Assembly (NCBI GenBank): GCA_964291655.2
Contig: OZ219802.1
Span: 2,528,001 to 2,592,000 of the forward strand
Direction: 5' to 3'
DNA length: 64,000 bases
DNA from: Chloroflexota bacterium
GTDB lineage: Bacteria > Chloroflexota > UBA11872 > VXOZ01
Positions 1 through 10,012 of the stretch are shown here, in pieces (position 1 is the first letter of the stretch; each line of letters opens with the position of its first letter). The position numbers and the translations under genes were made by a program. The notes under the pieces were generated by a model. The model was not told the origin of the DNA. It did not search any database and saw only the letters and a list, made by a program, of their open reading frames with translations.

Positions 1-701
1 GTCCCGAGCAGCGGCGCAAAGGCATCGCGAGCCACATCATGGCAGCGCAAATGCGGGACTTCCAAGAGCGTGGCGGGCGGGTGCTCACTCTCGGGACGGG
101 ATTTGATTCGCCGCCGTACTGGATATACCACAGCTATGGCTTTCGCAGCATCGTCGAAGATAGCGGTGCTATGTGGTACGTGAATAATTCGGAACAGGCG
201 GAAAATTCCTGGCATGCCGCGATTGGCGAAACTGCTCCGGTCCGCTGGCGCCACTGGCCCCTGGTCAATCTTCTCTGCATCCAGCCCAACGGCGACCGCT
301 TAAGGCACGCCGCGCGGCGCCTCTGGGGTCCACGCAACTTCGAAGGCGATTTCACGCAGTATCTGCGCGATTTGGAATCTGAGAGTCCAACCACAAGCGG
401 GCGCGTGCTCGAGAACGAGTCCGGTCTCGTGGTGGGCTGGGTGAGCATGGAGGATGACCCGATCTGGGGCGGTGCGGCAGCGCTGCTCGATCTCATCATG
501 CATCCCGCAGCCTGGCACGGGGCGGCCGATCTCCTGGCTGCTCTGCCTCTACCCGCAAAGCCGGTCTTCGCCTACGCCGATCACGATTCCCCGAAGAATG
601 ACGTCCTCCAAGCGCATGGCTTCACCCAGCAGGCCTCCTGGCCGGACTGGCTTCCTGTGGGCGGCAGCAAATACGGCGTGAACTGCTGGCTGCGGCGGTG
701 A
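1..701 (+). CDS. GNAT-family N-acetyltransferase (5' partial)
   Basis: Frame is open from the window start (PEQRRKGIASHIM..., acetyl-CoA motif A) into ORF 39..701, with 'YHSYGF'; probably tandem GNAT domains. Confidence 0.75.
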   Translation, partial: PEQRRKGIASHIMAAQMRDFQERGGRVLTLGTGFDSPPYWIYHSYGFRSIVEDSGAMWYVNNSEQAENSWHAAIGETAPVRWRHWPLVNLLCIQPNGDRLRHAARRLWGPRNFEGDFTQYLRDLESESPTTSGRVLENESGLVVGWVSMEDDPIWGGAAALLDLIMHPAAWHGAADLLAALPLPAKPVFAYADHDSPKNDVLQAHGFTQQASWPDWLPVGGSKYGVNCWLRR

Positions 702-913
702 CATAACTGTAGCGCGCTAAGAGACTTTGACGAGCAGACCCTTGAGTGGCCTTGAGTCGCTCTCCGGGGAGGGTGTCTAGCCACACGCCGCAATCCAACT
801 GCGAATTCCGACAATTGTCGCAATACTCTAATTATTGACAAACTGTGTTACTATGATTCTATGTTGTGTGAGGGCTGAGAGTGGGACCGCTTCGATAAAG
901 TAGGGGGCAATAC

Positions 914-2272
914 GTGACACTCTCACGCCGAGCCTTGATGGCAGGTGCAGCGGCGCTTGGGGCCGGCTGTGGCCCTCTTGGTTCAGTCTTCTCGCCGCCG
1001 CCGCTTCCAAAGAGGGCCGAACTCACTTGGGTCTCACTGCCTTTTAGCGGGCTGTACGAACCGGCTGCGCGGGAGCAGAATTCCCTGGCTATGCTCCAGA
1101 GTGCCGTGGCGGCCCTGGAGGAAGACACTGGCAACCCCAACGGCCCGGCGCGCGGCAATTACCGTGTGACACCGATTGTCCTGGATAGCTGGGAGCCCTA
1201 TCCCGCGAGCTGGCGGCAACTCGTAGCATCGCTCGCCGACTTGGAAGTAGACCTCATATCTCTGCATGGGCCCATGGTGCGTGCACTGGCGGAGTTGGCA
1301 AAAACGGAATCCCCCGTGCTATTGCCACTCGACCGGTCCGTAGGATTTGACGATACGCTCTTGCTCCAGGAATTCTATCCGTACCTTCTCGATCCCTTCC
1401 GATATGAGGGCACACTCTACGCCCTGCCGGTGAACGCGATGCCACTCATGCTCTACTACGACGCGCGCTACTTCGCCGATGCCGGCGTGCCGCCAGTGGA
1501 TGCGAGCTGGACCTGGGATACCTTGGTTGAGAGCGCGATGGCGTTGACTGTCCGAGATGAAGATGGCGTGACAGCCCACTGGGGACTGGAGGCCCACCGC
1601 TACGGGCTGTGGTGGGCGTTGTGGCAGAATGAGGCGCTCTTTCACGACTTTGAGACGGGGGAGTGGCGCTTGCAAGAACCGGCCGCCAGCGAAGCCCTGC
1701 AATTCTACAGCGACCTGCTGCACTGCCAGCGCGTCGCACCGCCGCTTGTGAGAGAAGACGTGGCGAAACTATACACCGTTACAGCGAATTCGTGGCCCGC
1801 TATGTTCTACAGCCCCCGCCAGGACCTGTGGAACGGTGACTACCGCTGGGCGACGTTACCGCAAGGCAAGGTGCGCAGTGTTCCGGTGTTCAGCGACATG
1901 AGCATCGCGACCATGGACTGGACGGAGAATCTCGAACCCGCCTTAACGGCGCTCAAGGGGCTGGCAGGCATCATGCAGCAATTCGTGAGCGTGCCGGCTA
2001 AGAAAGATGCGGTCGACCGGCTTAGCTCGTATCGGCGCAACCTGCGTCCCCCGGAGGTCGCGGCAGTACAGGCGTCCATGGAACACGGTCGCACGCTGCC
2101 GCAAGGCGGTGCGGCGCCTGACGGGATGCCCGCGCTGGCGCAGGGGCTCATGCGGGGTGACGCGTCAACGCAGTTTACACACGCTGCGGCGCCTTGGTTG
2201 GATCGGATGGTGGAAGCTCTCATACGCGGCGAACGAGTTGGGACGGTTTCAAGCGGGAATTGTGCAAACTGA
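914..2272 (+). CDS. Extracellular solute-binding lipoprotein (family 1, Tat-type signal), paralog 1
   Basis: SRRALM twin-arginine motif plus LGAGC lipobox; YALP, LYYD, WTWD motifs; GTG start with upstream SD. Confidence 0.85.
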   Translation: MTLSRRALMAGAAALGAGCGPLGSVFSPPPLPKRAELTWVSLPFSGLYEPAAREQNSLAMLQSAVAALEEDTGNPNGPARGNYRVTPIVLDSWEPYPASWRQLVASLADLEVDLISLHGPMVRALAELAKTESPVLLPLDRSVGFDDTLLLQEFYPYLLDPFRYEGTLYALPVNAMPLMLYYDARYFADAGVPPVDASWTWDTLVESAMALTVRDEDGVTAHWGLEAHRYGLWWALWQNEALFHDFETGEWRLQEPAASEALQFYSDLLHCQRVAPPLVREDVAKLYTVTANSWPAMFYSPRQDLWNGDYRWATLPQGKVRSVPVFSDMSIATMDWTENLEPALTALKGLAGIMQQFVSVPAKKDAVDRLSSYRRNLRPPEVAAVQASMEHGRTLPQGGAAPDGMPALAQGLMRGDASTQFTHAAAPWLDRMVEALIRGERVGTVSSGNCAN

Positions 2273-2386
2273 TCGTTGCAGTAAGTACGTCCTCCTTGGA
2301 GAAGATTCCTGATAAAACGGCTGGTTCATCGAGAATGGGGAAGGCCGAATTCAGAGTATTAAGGCAGCGGTGAAGGGAGCGAAACT

Positions 2387-3670
2387 ATGCTAACGCGCCG
2401 GGCATTAATGGCAAGCATGACGGTGCTGGCGGCCGGCTGCGGTGCTCTCGAGTCCTCGTTCTCCGTGCCGAGCCAACCTCAAGTAATTGATCTGACGTGG
2501 ATGTCAGAGGCGTATGGAGGATTCCGCGAACGGGGGTTCGAGCCGCACGGACTTGAGGAAACGCTCAAGCACATTGTGGCGGCGCTGGCAGAGGACTCCG
2601 AAAATCCGTATGGGCCCGTCAAGGCACGCTATACCCTGACATCTCGCTTCGTGCGCTCGGAAAATGCGGATCCGCCGCCGCAGAGTATGGATGATGTCAT
2701 CGCGTGGTATCGCGGCTTGGAGACCGACATTTTGTCCGTGCCGCCGCTTCTTGCGCAAATTCTGGGAGAGCGAGGCGTGATCCTGCCCCTCGACCAATTC
2801 ATGACAGCTGATGGTTCCGAGTCTACCGACGCCATTTACCCATACTTGCTTGGGCACTTTCGGTCGGAGGGCGGGCTCTTCGCTCTGCCGGTGGACGCGA
2901 GTCCAACTTTGATCCACTACGACCCGAAAGTCCTGTCCCAGGACGACGTGAGCAGGATTAACGAGGGTTGGCACTGGGACGACATGGTGGAGATTGCCGA
3001 GAAACTGACCGAGCGCAATGAAGATGGAGAGATTCAGCGTTGGGGTCTGATCACGCAGCACCAAGGCTACTGGTGGGCGTTGTGGCAGAACGCGGCGGAG
3101 TTGGCCGACCCAATCACGAAGCAGTGCCGGCTTTTGGAGCCGGCGGCCATTGAAGCGCTGCAATTCTGTTACGACTTGGTACACATGCATCAGGTCTCAC
3201 CGCCCGTGACGAGTTTCGACGCGTGGAATGTCTTCAATGCACACCCTTGGCCGCCGCTGTTCTTTTCCTCAGTGCAGGGCAATTGGAGTTCCGAGAGCCG
3301 CTGGGCACCCTCGCCGCGGGGCAGGCAGCGCAGTGTACCGGTGTTTGGAAACATGGGTATCGCCATTTCCACGAGGGCCCAGAACACAGAGGTAGCTTTT
3401 ACGGCCCTCAAGGGCCTTGCCGGTGTCATGCAACGTTTTGTGGAAGTGCCGGCGCAAAAGGAAGCGGTCGCCCGGCTGGGCGATTTTCGCAAGACGCTGC
3501 TCCCCGCGGAGATCACGGCCTTCCAGCAATCTATGGAACACGGACGTGCGATTCCCTTTGGCCGGGCCGAGTGGAGCGCCATGCAAGCCCTGGAGGAGGG
3601 CATTGTGCGGGGTGTTGACGTCCTTACCGTGGTCAACGAGGCCTGCTCCTCCTTGCAAGAGCATGGCTAA
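2387..3670 (+). CDS. Extracellular solute-binding lipoprotein, paralog 2
   Basis: TRRALM...LAAGC; LFALP, WHWDD; shares WWALWQN, RSVPV, ALKGL, SMEHGR with its neighbours. Confidence 0.85.
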   Translation: MLTRRALMASMTVLAAGCGALESSFSVPSQPQVIDLTWMSEAYGGFRERGFEPHGLEETLKHIVAALAEDSENPYGPVKARYTLTSRFVRSENADPPPQSMDDVIAWYRGLETDILSVPPLLAQILGERGVILPLDQFMTADGSESTDAIYPYLLGHFRSEGGLFALPVDASPTLIHYDPKVLSQDDVSRINEGWHWDDMVEIAEKLTERNEDGEIQRWGLITQHQGYWWALWQNAAELADPITKQCRLLEPAAIEALQFCYDLVHMHQVSPPVTSFDAWNVFNAHPWPPLFFSSVQGNWSSESRWAPSPRGRQRSVPVFGNMGIAISTRAQNTEVAFTALKGLAGVMQRFVEVPAQKEAVARLGDFRKTLLPAEITAFQQSMEHGRAIPFGRAEWSAMQALEEGIVRGVDVLTVVNEACSSLQEHG

Positions 3671-3879
3671 CCGGAGACGACGTGCAATCCGGTGGTGGAC
3701 GTGACAAATGACGATTTGCCCGTATGACCCACCTTGGCGGTGGAGACGAGGCAAGGGCTTGTATCCACGGCGCGGACATGCACGCCTAACAGCAAGATCC
3801 TTTGGTGGAGAGGCGGATTCAGCTACGATGGAGTCCGCCGAGTTTCGAGACTAACAAGCGGCACTGAAGGAGCGGAAAA

Positions 3880-5163
3880 TTGCTTACACGCCGAACATTG
3901 TTGGCAGGCGCAGCAGCGCTAGCGGCCGCCTGCGGCGCCCCCGGGTTTGCGACGTCGCTGCCGACCCGAAGTGGCGAGGGAGATCTCATCTGGGCATCCA
4001 CGTGGTTTAGCGAACTGCGTGTATCGACCGGTTTTGCCCGGCGTATGATCAATACGCTTGAAGCGGTAATGGCGGCATTGCAGGAGGACACGGAAAACCC
4101 CAATGGTCCCGCTAAAGGGGGCTACACCCTGAAGTCGGGCTTCGTTTCTCCAGAGCAAGCTAATCCCCGTCCCAGAAATCAGGATGAGTTTCTGGCGTGG
4201 TACAAGAGCCTCGATGCAGACCTATTCACCGTGAATCCGTTTTTGGCGCAAGAGCTGGGAGAGCAGGGCGTGCTGACGCCCTTGGACCAGTTCATCGCCG
4301 CCGATGAGGCGTCGCTCATCCAAGGGCACTTCCCGTACCTGGTCGACCAGTTTCGGTCGGCGAGCGGGCTGTTCGCGTTGCCGGTCGATGCAAACCCCTT
4401 GATGGTCCACTATGATCCTGAGTACTTCGCGGAGCGGGGCGTGCCGCCGGTGGACGACAGTTGGAGTTGGGATGACATTGTGGCGAACGCGGTCCAATTG
4501 ACGCAACGCAATGAAAGCGGCGACGTGCAGCGCTGGGGACTGTTCACGCAACATAGCGGATACTGGTGGGCGTTGTGGCAAAACGAGGCAGAGCTGGCCG
4601 ACCCGGCGACACTAAGGTGCCGGCTACAGGATGCGGCGGCCGCGGAGGCCCTGCACTTCTGCAGCGACCTGTTGCACACCCACCGCGTTTCCCCGCCTGC
4701 GAAGAATGTGTTGGAATGGCAAGTTTCTGAACCGGCGTCAAGTCTGTGGCCGGCAATGCTCTACCTGCCGCAGCAGCACTTCTCGCGAGCCGGCTATCGC
4801 TGGGCGGCGTTGCCACAGGGCAACGTGCGCAGCGTGCCCGTGGCCGGCAATATGGGCATTGCCATTGCCGCGCGATCACAGCACAAGGAGACGGCCTATA
4901 CGGCGCTCAAGGGTCTCGTCGACGTCATGCAGCCGCTCGCAAAAGTGCCCGCGCGGAAGGATGCGATCGCGCGCCTGAGTGATTTCGACGAGGACCTGCT
5001 CCCCGCAGAGATCGCGGCAATTCAGCAATCCATGGAGCATGGACGCGGTCTGCCCCCGAACCCCCGCATGCAGCGCGCCATGGATGCTATCGTGGAAGGC
5101 CTCGCGCAGGGCGATGACGTTGCCACGGTGGTGAGCGATGCTTGCTCGGCGCTGGAGGAATAG
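3880..5163 (+). CDS. Extracellular solute-binding lipoprotein, paralog 3
   Basis: TTG start after AAGGAG; TRRTLL...AAAC; same motifs as paralogs 1 and 2. Confidence 0.85.
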   Translation: MLTRRTLLAGAAALAAACGAPGFATSLPTRSGEGDLIWASTWFSELRVSTGFARRMINTLEAVMAALQEDTENPNGPAKGGYTLKSGFVSPEQANPRPRNQDEFLAWYKSLDADLFTVNPFLAQELGEQGVLTPLDQFIAADEASLIQGHFPYLVDQFRSASGLFALPVDANPLMVHYDPEYFAERGVPPVDDSWSWDDIVANAVQLTQRNESGDVQRWGLFTQHSGYWWALWQNEAELADPATLRCRLQDAAAAEALHFCSDLLHTHRVSPPAKNVLEWQVSEPASSLWPAMLYLPQQHFSRAGYRWAALPQGNVRSVPVAGNMGIAIAARSQHKETAYTALKGLVDVMQPLAKVPARKDAIARLSDFDEDLLPAEIAAIQQSMEHGRGLPPNPRMQRAMDAIVEGLAQGDDVATVVSDACSALEE

Positions 5164-5203
5164 CGGTGAATCTGAGAGCGGCCGGAAGGCAAGTTTGGCG
5201 GGC

Positions 5204-6115
5204 CTACCTGCGGAGAATCCTATAACTTTCGTCTGGCGGCCAATCGGAGATTCCAAGCTCTTCGTCCATTAGTGGCGCGGTAAACTCCGTCTCACACGCG
5301 TCTCGGTCTATAGCTCTGAGCGGCACACCCGCGCGCAGGAATTCCCCCGGCAGCCATATCGTGCCCTCCGTATCCCACGACCAGAGCATGGTGGATCCGG
5401 CCGCCGAACTGTAGCTAACGAATGGCGTGGTCAAGAGGCCCGTGAACGTCAGATGGACGCCGTCCCACTTCTCTCCGACTCGCTTCCAATCAGGTGACAG
5501 CGAGCCGGCTCCTGCCGGGCTGTTGCGGTCCTGATTGACGCTAGGAAACGATACACACAGCGCGTGCCAGTCGGCGGGACTGGAAATCTCAAGCACGCGG
5601 GCATTTTCGTCGATCTCTGCTGCGAATTTGCCATACTCTTTCGGCTCCATCCAGTCGCCGCTGCCGAACGCAATAACCGTATCGAGGCAGGAGAAATCGC
5701 CCATTAGAGTAGAGGTGATCCGCCACTCCACTGGGCGTTGCGCATATGCCTCCCAATGGGCAAGCGACTCGGGAGATGCCTTGTGGGAAGGTGGGTGTGG
5801 CGTTTCCTTGCTCACCAGGACCTGCCTGGTCCGGTCCAGCGGCACCCTCCACCAGCGGCTTGCCGGATGGCCTGCTACCGCGCGCGCCAAGCTTGTCAGG
5901 TCTGAGCCCCGTGCTAGGGCGGCATTCATGGCCCGGTCGAAACTCCCAGACCAGGGATTGAGCGCGTCCAAAGCTATGACGGCGCGCGCGAAGGCTTGCC
6001 GGGGCGTGACGGCGACTTCAACGGGAACCTGATCCCGCTCAATGGTCAGCAGAAAGGCGCAGCCCACCGGGCAGCGCAGCAGCCGGGCGACTAAGTCATC
6101 AGTGCGGGATTCCAT
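5204..6115 (-). CDS. Conserved hypothetical protein
   Basis: 303-aa ORF with AGGAG SD; 'DWHALC..FP...PDW....WDGVHLT...WDTE' pattern looks conserved, function not recognised. Confidence 0.65.
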   Translation of the reverse strand: MESRTDDLVARLLRCPVGCAFLLTIERDQVPVEVAVTPRQAFARAVIALDALNPWSGSFDRAMNAALARGSDLTSLARAVAGHPASRWWRVPLDRTRQVLVSKETPHPPSHKASPESLAHWEAYAQRPVEWRITSTLMGDFSCLDTVIAFGSGDWMEPKEYGKFAAEIDENARVLEISSPADWHALCVSFPSVNQDRNSPAGAGSLSPDWKRVGEKWDGVHLTFTGLLTTPFVSYSSAAGSTMLWSWDTEGTIWLPGEFLRAGVPLRAIDRDACETEFTAPLMDEELGISDWPPDESYRILRR

Positions 6116-6193
6116 TGGAGACTATTCTCCTATTCCTAGGACCAGCCTGCGCTGCTGGATTCCACGGCGGGGCGCTCGATTCTGCGTGATTCT

Positions 6194-6224
6194 CTAGATT
6201 CCTCGCTGCGCTCGGAATGACATG
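6194..6224. repeat. REP-like palindrome (CTAGATTCCTCGCTGCGCTCGGAATGACATG)
   Basis: Differs by one base from 19232-19262; imperfect hairpin. Confidence 0.75.
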
Positions 6225-6329
6225 TAAAACCAGACCTCTCCGCGGGAAAGCGTGTGTTGTCACCGGACTTCCTGCCACATACAGGTATGAGAAGTAGTGT
6301 CGCAGGATCGTAACGAGTGTGAACACTGA

Positions 6330-7925
6330 TTACCCGCGTTCGGCGAAGACCGGCGCGAGCATGTTGTCCACCGGCGCGTAGCTGTCGGTGAGTATGACGG
6401 CGGGGCGGCTGTCCACGTACTCCCGTAGGCGTGCGGGGTCGAGTATCGTGCTCACCGGCCCATCCGGCAGCAATTCTCCCACAGTGGTATGCAGCGTTGC
6501 TTCTGTGAGCGGCTGCTTGCCGGCGACCAGCACAAAAGTATTGCGCCCCTCCTGTTCCCAGCCGGGACCTTCTGCCAGCAGATAGACGTGGGGGAACACC
6601 TGCTCCAGGGTCAGAATCAGCGATGGCAGAAAGACCCCGTGCTCGAAGGTGTCCACCACGTTTAGCATGTAGTACCCGTCGGGGGTCAGGAGATCATGCA
6701 CAATCTCTGCGAACTCCCGCGTCGTCAAATGGTAGGGCACAGAGAGGTCGTTAAAGGCATCGCCGATGATGGCGTGGTATTGCTCGGGTTCCAAGCGCTT
6801 CACCACCAAGCGAGCATCTTCGTTGTACGTGATGACGCTCGTATCGCGGGGGAGTCCCATCCTCGCATGCGCGATTTCGGTAACCGCCGGATCGATCTCC
6901 GCCACCTCGATCACAGCATCGGGATAGACCACTTCCAAGTAGCGGGGGAAGGTGTACCCGCCACCGCCAATGGAGAAGGTACGTATGTCTGTGCGGTCAC
7001 CGGCGATGAATTTCACAAGTTCCGCATATATCTTGACATAATCGTAGTCTAAGCGCGTGGGGTCTTCCAGGATGCTGTAGCTGTGGATGAGGTGGTCGAG
7101 CACGAGGCGGCGCTGGGTGACGTTTTCTTCGATTTTCTTTTCGGTGACGCGGATGCAGAAGTAGTTAGTCTCCACGTGGCAGGGGGCGGCGAAGGCGCCG
7201 CGGGGTTGCAGCGTAATGGCGTCCTGCGCCATTTGCCGGACGTAGTTCCAGCCGAAGGGCAGACGGTAGGCTTCGCGGCCATAGCTGTAAATGCTCAGCC
7301 CGATGAGGAGCAGGACCCCGCCCCCAAGGAGCAGGCGGCGGTTCCATAGGTTGCCGAAAATCACTGCCACGAGCAGGAGCAGCAATGCTACCAGCAAGAT
7401 GATTGTGCGCGTGCCGAACCACGACACCAGGAAGAATCCGGTGGCAAATGTTCCGGCAATGGCCCCAACCGTGGAGAGGGCATAGATGCGTCCCACGACG
7501 CCGCCGGTGCGGCTGAGGTCTTCCAACGTGAGCTTAACGACGACCGGTGTGATGGTGCCCATGAACACGCTGGGCAAGAAGAAGACGACGGCAGTGAAGA
7601 AGAGAATCTTCAGCATAAGGTGCACGGGAAGATCTTGCGCGATGCCGGAGATTATGGCTGTCAGGGGCAGGATGGTCAGCGTAAGGATACTGGAGAGGAG
7701 AAAGAGCGCGCCCAGCGTAGAGACCGCTGGAAAGCGATCGCCGATGCGCCCACCCAAGTAATTCCCGAGGCTGATGCCCGCCAGCATTACGCCAATGACG
7801 CTGGTCCAGGTGTACAGTGAGACGCCCAGGTAGGGGGCAACCATGCGCCCCGCGGTTAGCTCGACGACCAGAGTACAGAAACTCGCTATGAAAACTATGG
7901 TGCCCGCTCGCCAAGTTCCGCGCAT
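6330..7925 (-). CDS. Fused membrane domain / spermidine-synthase-like SAM-binding protein
   Basis: N-terminal TM helices (ELTAGRMVAPYLG..W, G.YALST.GAI.G), IGGGG SAM motif, EIDP, DAR, DAF, HLTTREF, LTD.YAPVD. Confidence 0.85.
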   Translation of the reverse strand: MRGTWRAGTIVFIASFCTLVVELTAGRMVAPYLGVSLYTWTSVIGVMLAGISLGNYLGGRIGDRFPAVSTLGALFLLSSILTLTILPLTAIISGIAQDLPVHLMLKILFFTAVVFFLPSVFMGTITPVVVKLTLEDLSRTGGVVGRIYALSTVGAIAGTFATGFFLVSWFGTRTIILLVALLLLLVAVIFGNLWNRRLLLGGGVLLLIGLSIYSYGREAYRLPFGWNYVRQMAQDAITLQPRGAFAAPCHVETNYFCIRVTEKKIEENVTQRRLVLDHLIHSYSILEDPTRLDYDYVKIYAELVKFIAGDRTDIRTFSIGGGGYTFPRYLEVVYPDAVIEVAEIDPAVTEIAHARMGLPRDTSVITYNEDARLVVKRLEPEQYHAIIGDAFNDLSVPYHLTTREFAEIVHDLLTPDGYYMLNVVDTFEHGVFLPSLILTLEQVFPHVYLLAEGPGWEQEGRNTFVLVAGKQPLTEATLHTTVGELLPDGPVSTILDPARLREYVDSRPAVILTDSYAPVDNMLAPVFAERG

Positions 7926-8114
7926 AGGGTTGCCCTTTCGTAGCAGTGCTCGGTAATTTAATTGCTGGGTCTTGAGTGCGCCGCCGCCCGGCGTACTACC
8001 TAATTGCAGTCGGTATCGTTTCTATTGTAGCTGTCACCTTGCCTAGCTCGCATCCTTTAAGGCGCTCCGCTAGACTATGATGAAAAGCACGAAGAGAGAT
8101 AGGAATTCCGCGAT

Positions 8115-9458
8115 ATGTCGATGAAGGGTATCACGGCGCGACAGCGTGAAGACATGATGGCGGTGCTGGCGGCTGCCCTGAAGGCGGTGGATCCGGCGCA
8201 GGCGGTACGCAACTGCGTGCGCCGAGAGGGCACGCGCCTGGTAGTCGGAGAAAACGTGTATGATCTCGATTCCTTCAAACGGATTCTCGTCGTTGGCGCC
8301 GGCAAAGCCAGCGGGCCGATGGCGCAAGCGCTGGAAGAAATTCTTGATAGCCGCTTAGAGGGCGGCGTGGTTAACGTCAAGGAGGGCTACGCCGTTGACA
8401 CGCGACGGATCGAATTGATCGAGGCCGCACATCCCGTGCCGGATGAGAGTGGCTTGCGCGGTACCGACCGCATTCTGCGGCTGGCGGCGGAGGCGAATGC
8501 AAACGACTTGGTTTTCTGCTTAATTTCCGGTGGTGGTTCGGCGCTCATGGAGTTGCCGGCGGGCGAAATCACGTTGGATGATCTTCAGCAACTTACCGAC
8601 CTGCTGCTGCGCAGCGGCGCCACCATCAACGAGGTGAATACAGTCCGGAAACACATCTCCCAGGTGAAGGGCGGGGGGCTGGCGCGGGCGGCTGCCCCTG
8701 CCACGCTGATCGCCCTCATTCTTTCCGACGTGGTAGGAAATCCGCTTGACTTCATTGCTTCGGGTCCTACCGTCCCCGACACGACCACGTTCCAAGATGC
8801 GTGGAATCTGCTAGGGAAGTTCAACTTGCAGGACGCAATACCTCAGAGCGTGCGCGCGCAACTTGAGCGCGGCCTGAACCAATCCATACCGGAAACGCCC
8901 AAGGAAGGCGACCCAATCTTTGCGCGCACGGCAAGTGTGCTCGTTGGCAGTAACGAGATCGCGGCCCGTGCGGCATTGGACGCTGCACAGAAACTGGGGT
9001 ATAATGCACTCCTAGTCACCACCTGGGTGGAAGGTGAGGCGCGTGAAGTGGCCAAGGTGATGGCTGGAGTTGCCAAGGGTCTGATTCGTCACCACTCTCC
9101 ACTCCCTCCGCCGGCGTGTCTTATCTTCGGTGGTGAAACCACGGTTACGGTGCGCGGTGAGGGCAAAGGCGGGCGCAGCCAAGAGATGGCGCTTGCCGCA
9201 TCCCTTGCGCTCGACGGCTGGGAAAACGTGGCGGTGATGGCAGTGGGGACAGACGGCACCGACGGTCCCACCGACGCGGCCGGTGGCATTGCGGACGGCA
9301 CGGTAGCTGCAAGGGCGCGAGCGCTCAACCTGGACCCACTTGCATACCTCGATTCCAACGACTCCTACCATTTCTTGCGGCAGACCGACGCCCTCTTGGT
9401 CACCGGGCCAACCAACACCAATGTGAATGACCTGATCTTTGTCTACGCCTTTAGCTAG
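8115..9458 (+). CDS. Glycerate kinase type-2 (TtuD/MOFRL family)
   Basis: GAGKAS, AAHPVPD, ISGGGSAL, VKGG, LSDV.G, SGPT, GGETTV, GTDGTDG, TGPT.TNVND. Confidence 0.92.
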   Translation: MSMKGITARQREDMMAVLAAALKAVDPAQAVRNCVRREGTRLVVGENVYDLDSFKRILVVGAGKASGPMAQALEEILDSRLEGGVVNVKEGYAVDTRRIELIEAAHPVPDESGLRGTDRILRLAAEANANDLVFCLISGGGSALMELPAGEITLDDLQQLTDLLLRSGATINEVNTVRKHISQVKGGGLARAAAPATLIALILSDVVGNPLDFIASGPTVPDTTTFQDAWNLLGKFNLQDAIPQSVRAQLERGLNQSIPETPKEGDPIFARTASVLVGSNEIAARAALDAAQKLGYNALLVTTWVEGEAREVAKVMAGVAKGLIRHHSPLPPPACLIFGGETTVTVRGEGKGGRSQEMALAASLALDGWENVAVMAVGTDGTDGPTDAAGGIADGTVAARARALNLDPLAYLDSNDSYHFLRQTDALLVTGPTNTNVNDLIFVYAFS

Positions 9459-9517
9459 GAAGATCTTCTAGCTGCCTCGTTCGTTTCCTTCGTTCGGCCG
9501 AGTTTCTCGTTCAGTCG

Positions 9518-10012
9518 TTGGCAGGTATTCTCCACATGGAACTAAGAAACGAGTCCTACCCTCCACTTGATTCGTCATTTCTTCCCCGCGCTCCCGCGCA
9601 GCGCTGGCACTCGGTAAGTAGGCGCAGCGACCTGCGGCCCTTATCTCAAGGCCGCAGCAACAGAATTTTTCTTGCTCTCGGTATCGGCGTCGTTGTGTTG
9701 CTGCTGGGGGTTGGCGCAGTGTGGCTCGTCAGTCAAGTCTTGGCGTCCAATGGTCCTGCTCCGGCCATACAAGACACCGAAGTTGCTCCCGTTACACCTG
9801 TTGCCCCCACTACCAACGCCCCTACCAATGCGGCTACGGCGGAAGTACCTGCCGCGCCTGAATTCCATGTCGTGCAGCCGGGCGAGGTGCTGACTGCCAT
9901 TGCGAGGAAGTATAATACGACTGTGGAATACTTAGCCGAATTGAATAACATTGAAAATGTTGACTCGATCCGGGTTGGGCAACGACTGCGACTCGTGCCG
10001 GAAGAGCAATAG
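9518..10012 (+). CDS. Membrane-anchored LysM-domain protein
   Basis: One TM helix, P/T/A linker, C-terminal LysM (HVVQPGE.L..IA.KY...LAELNNI...I.VGQRL); start may be ATG 9536. Confidence 0.85.
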   Translation: MAGILHMELRNESYPPLDSSFLPRAPAQRWHSVSRRSDLRPLSQGRSNRIFLALGIGVVVLLLGVGAVWLVSQVLASNGPAPAIQDTEVAPVTPVAPTTNAPTNAATAEVPAAPEFHVVQPGEVLTAIARKYNTTVEYLAELNNIENVDSIRVGQRLRLVPEEQ

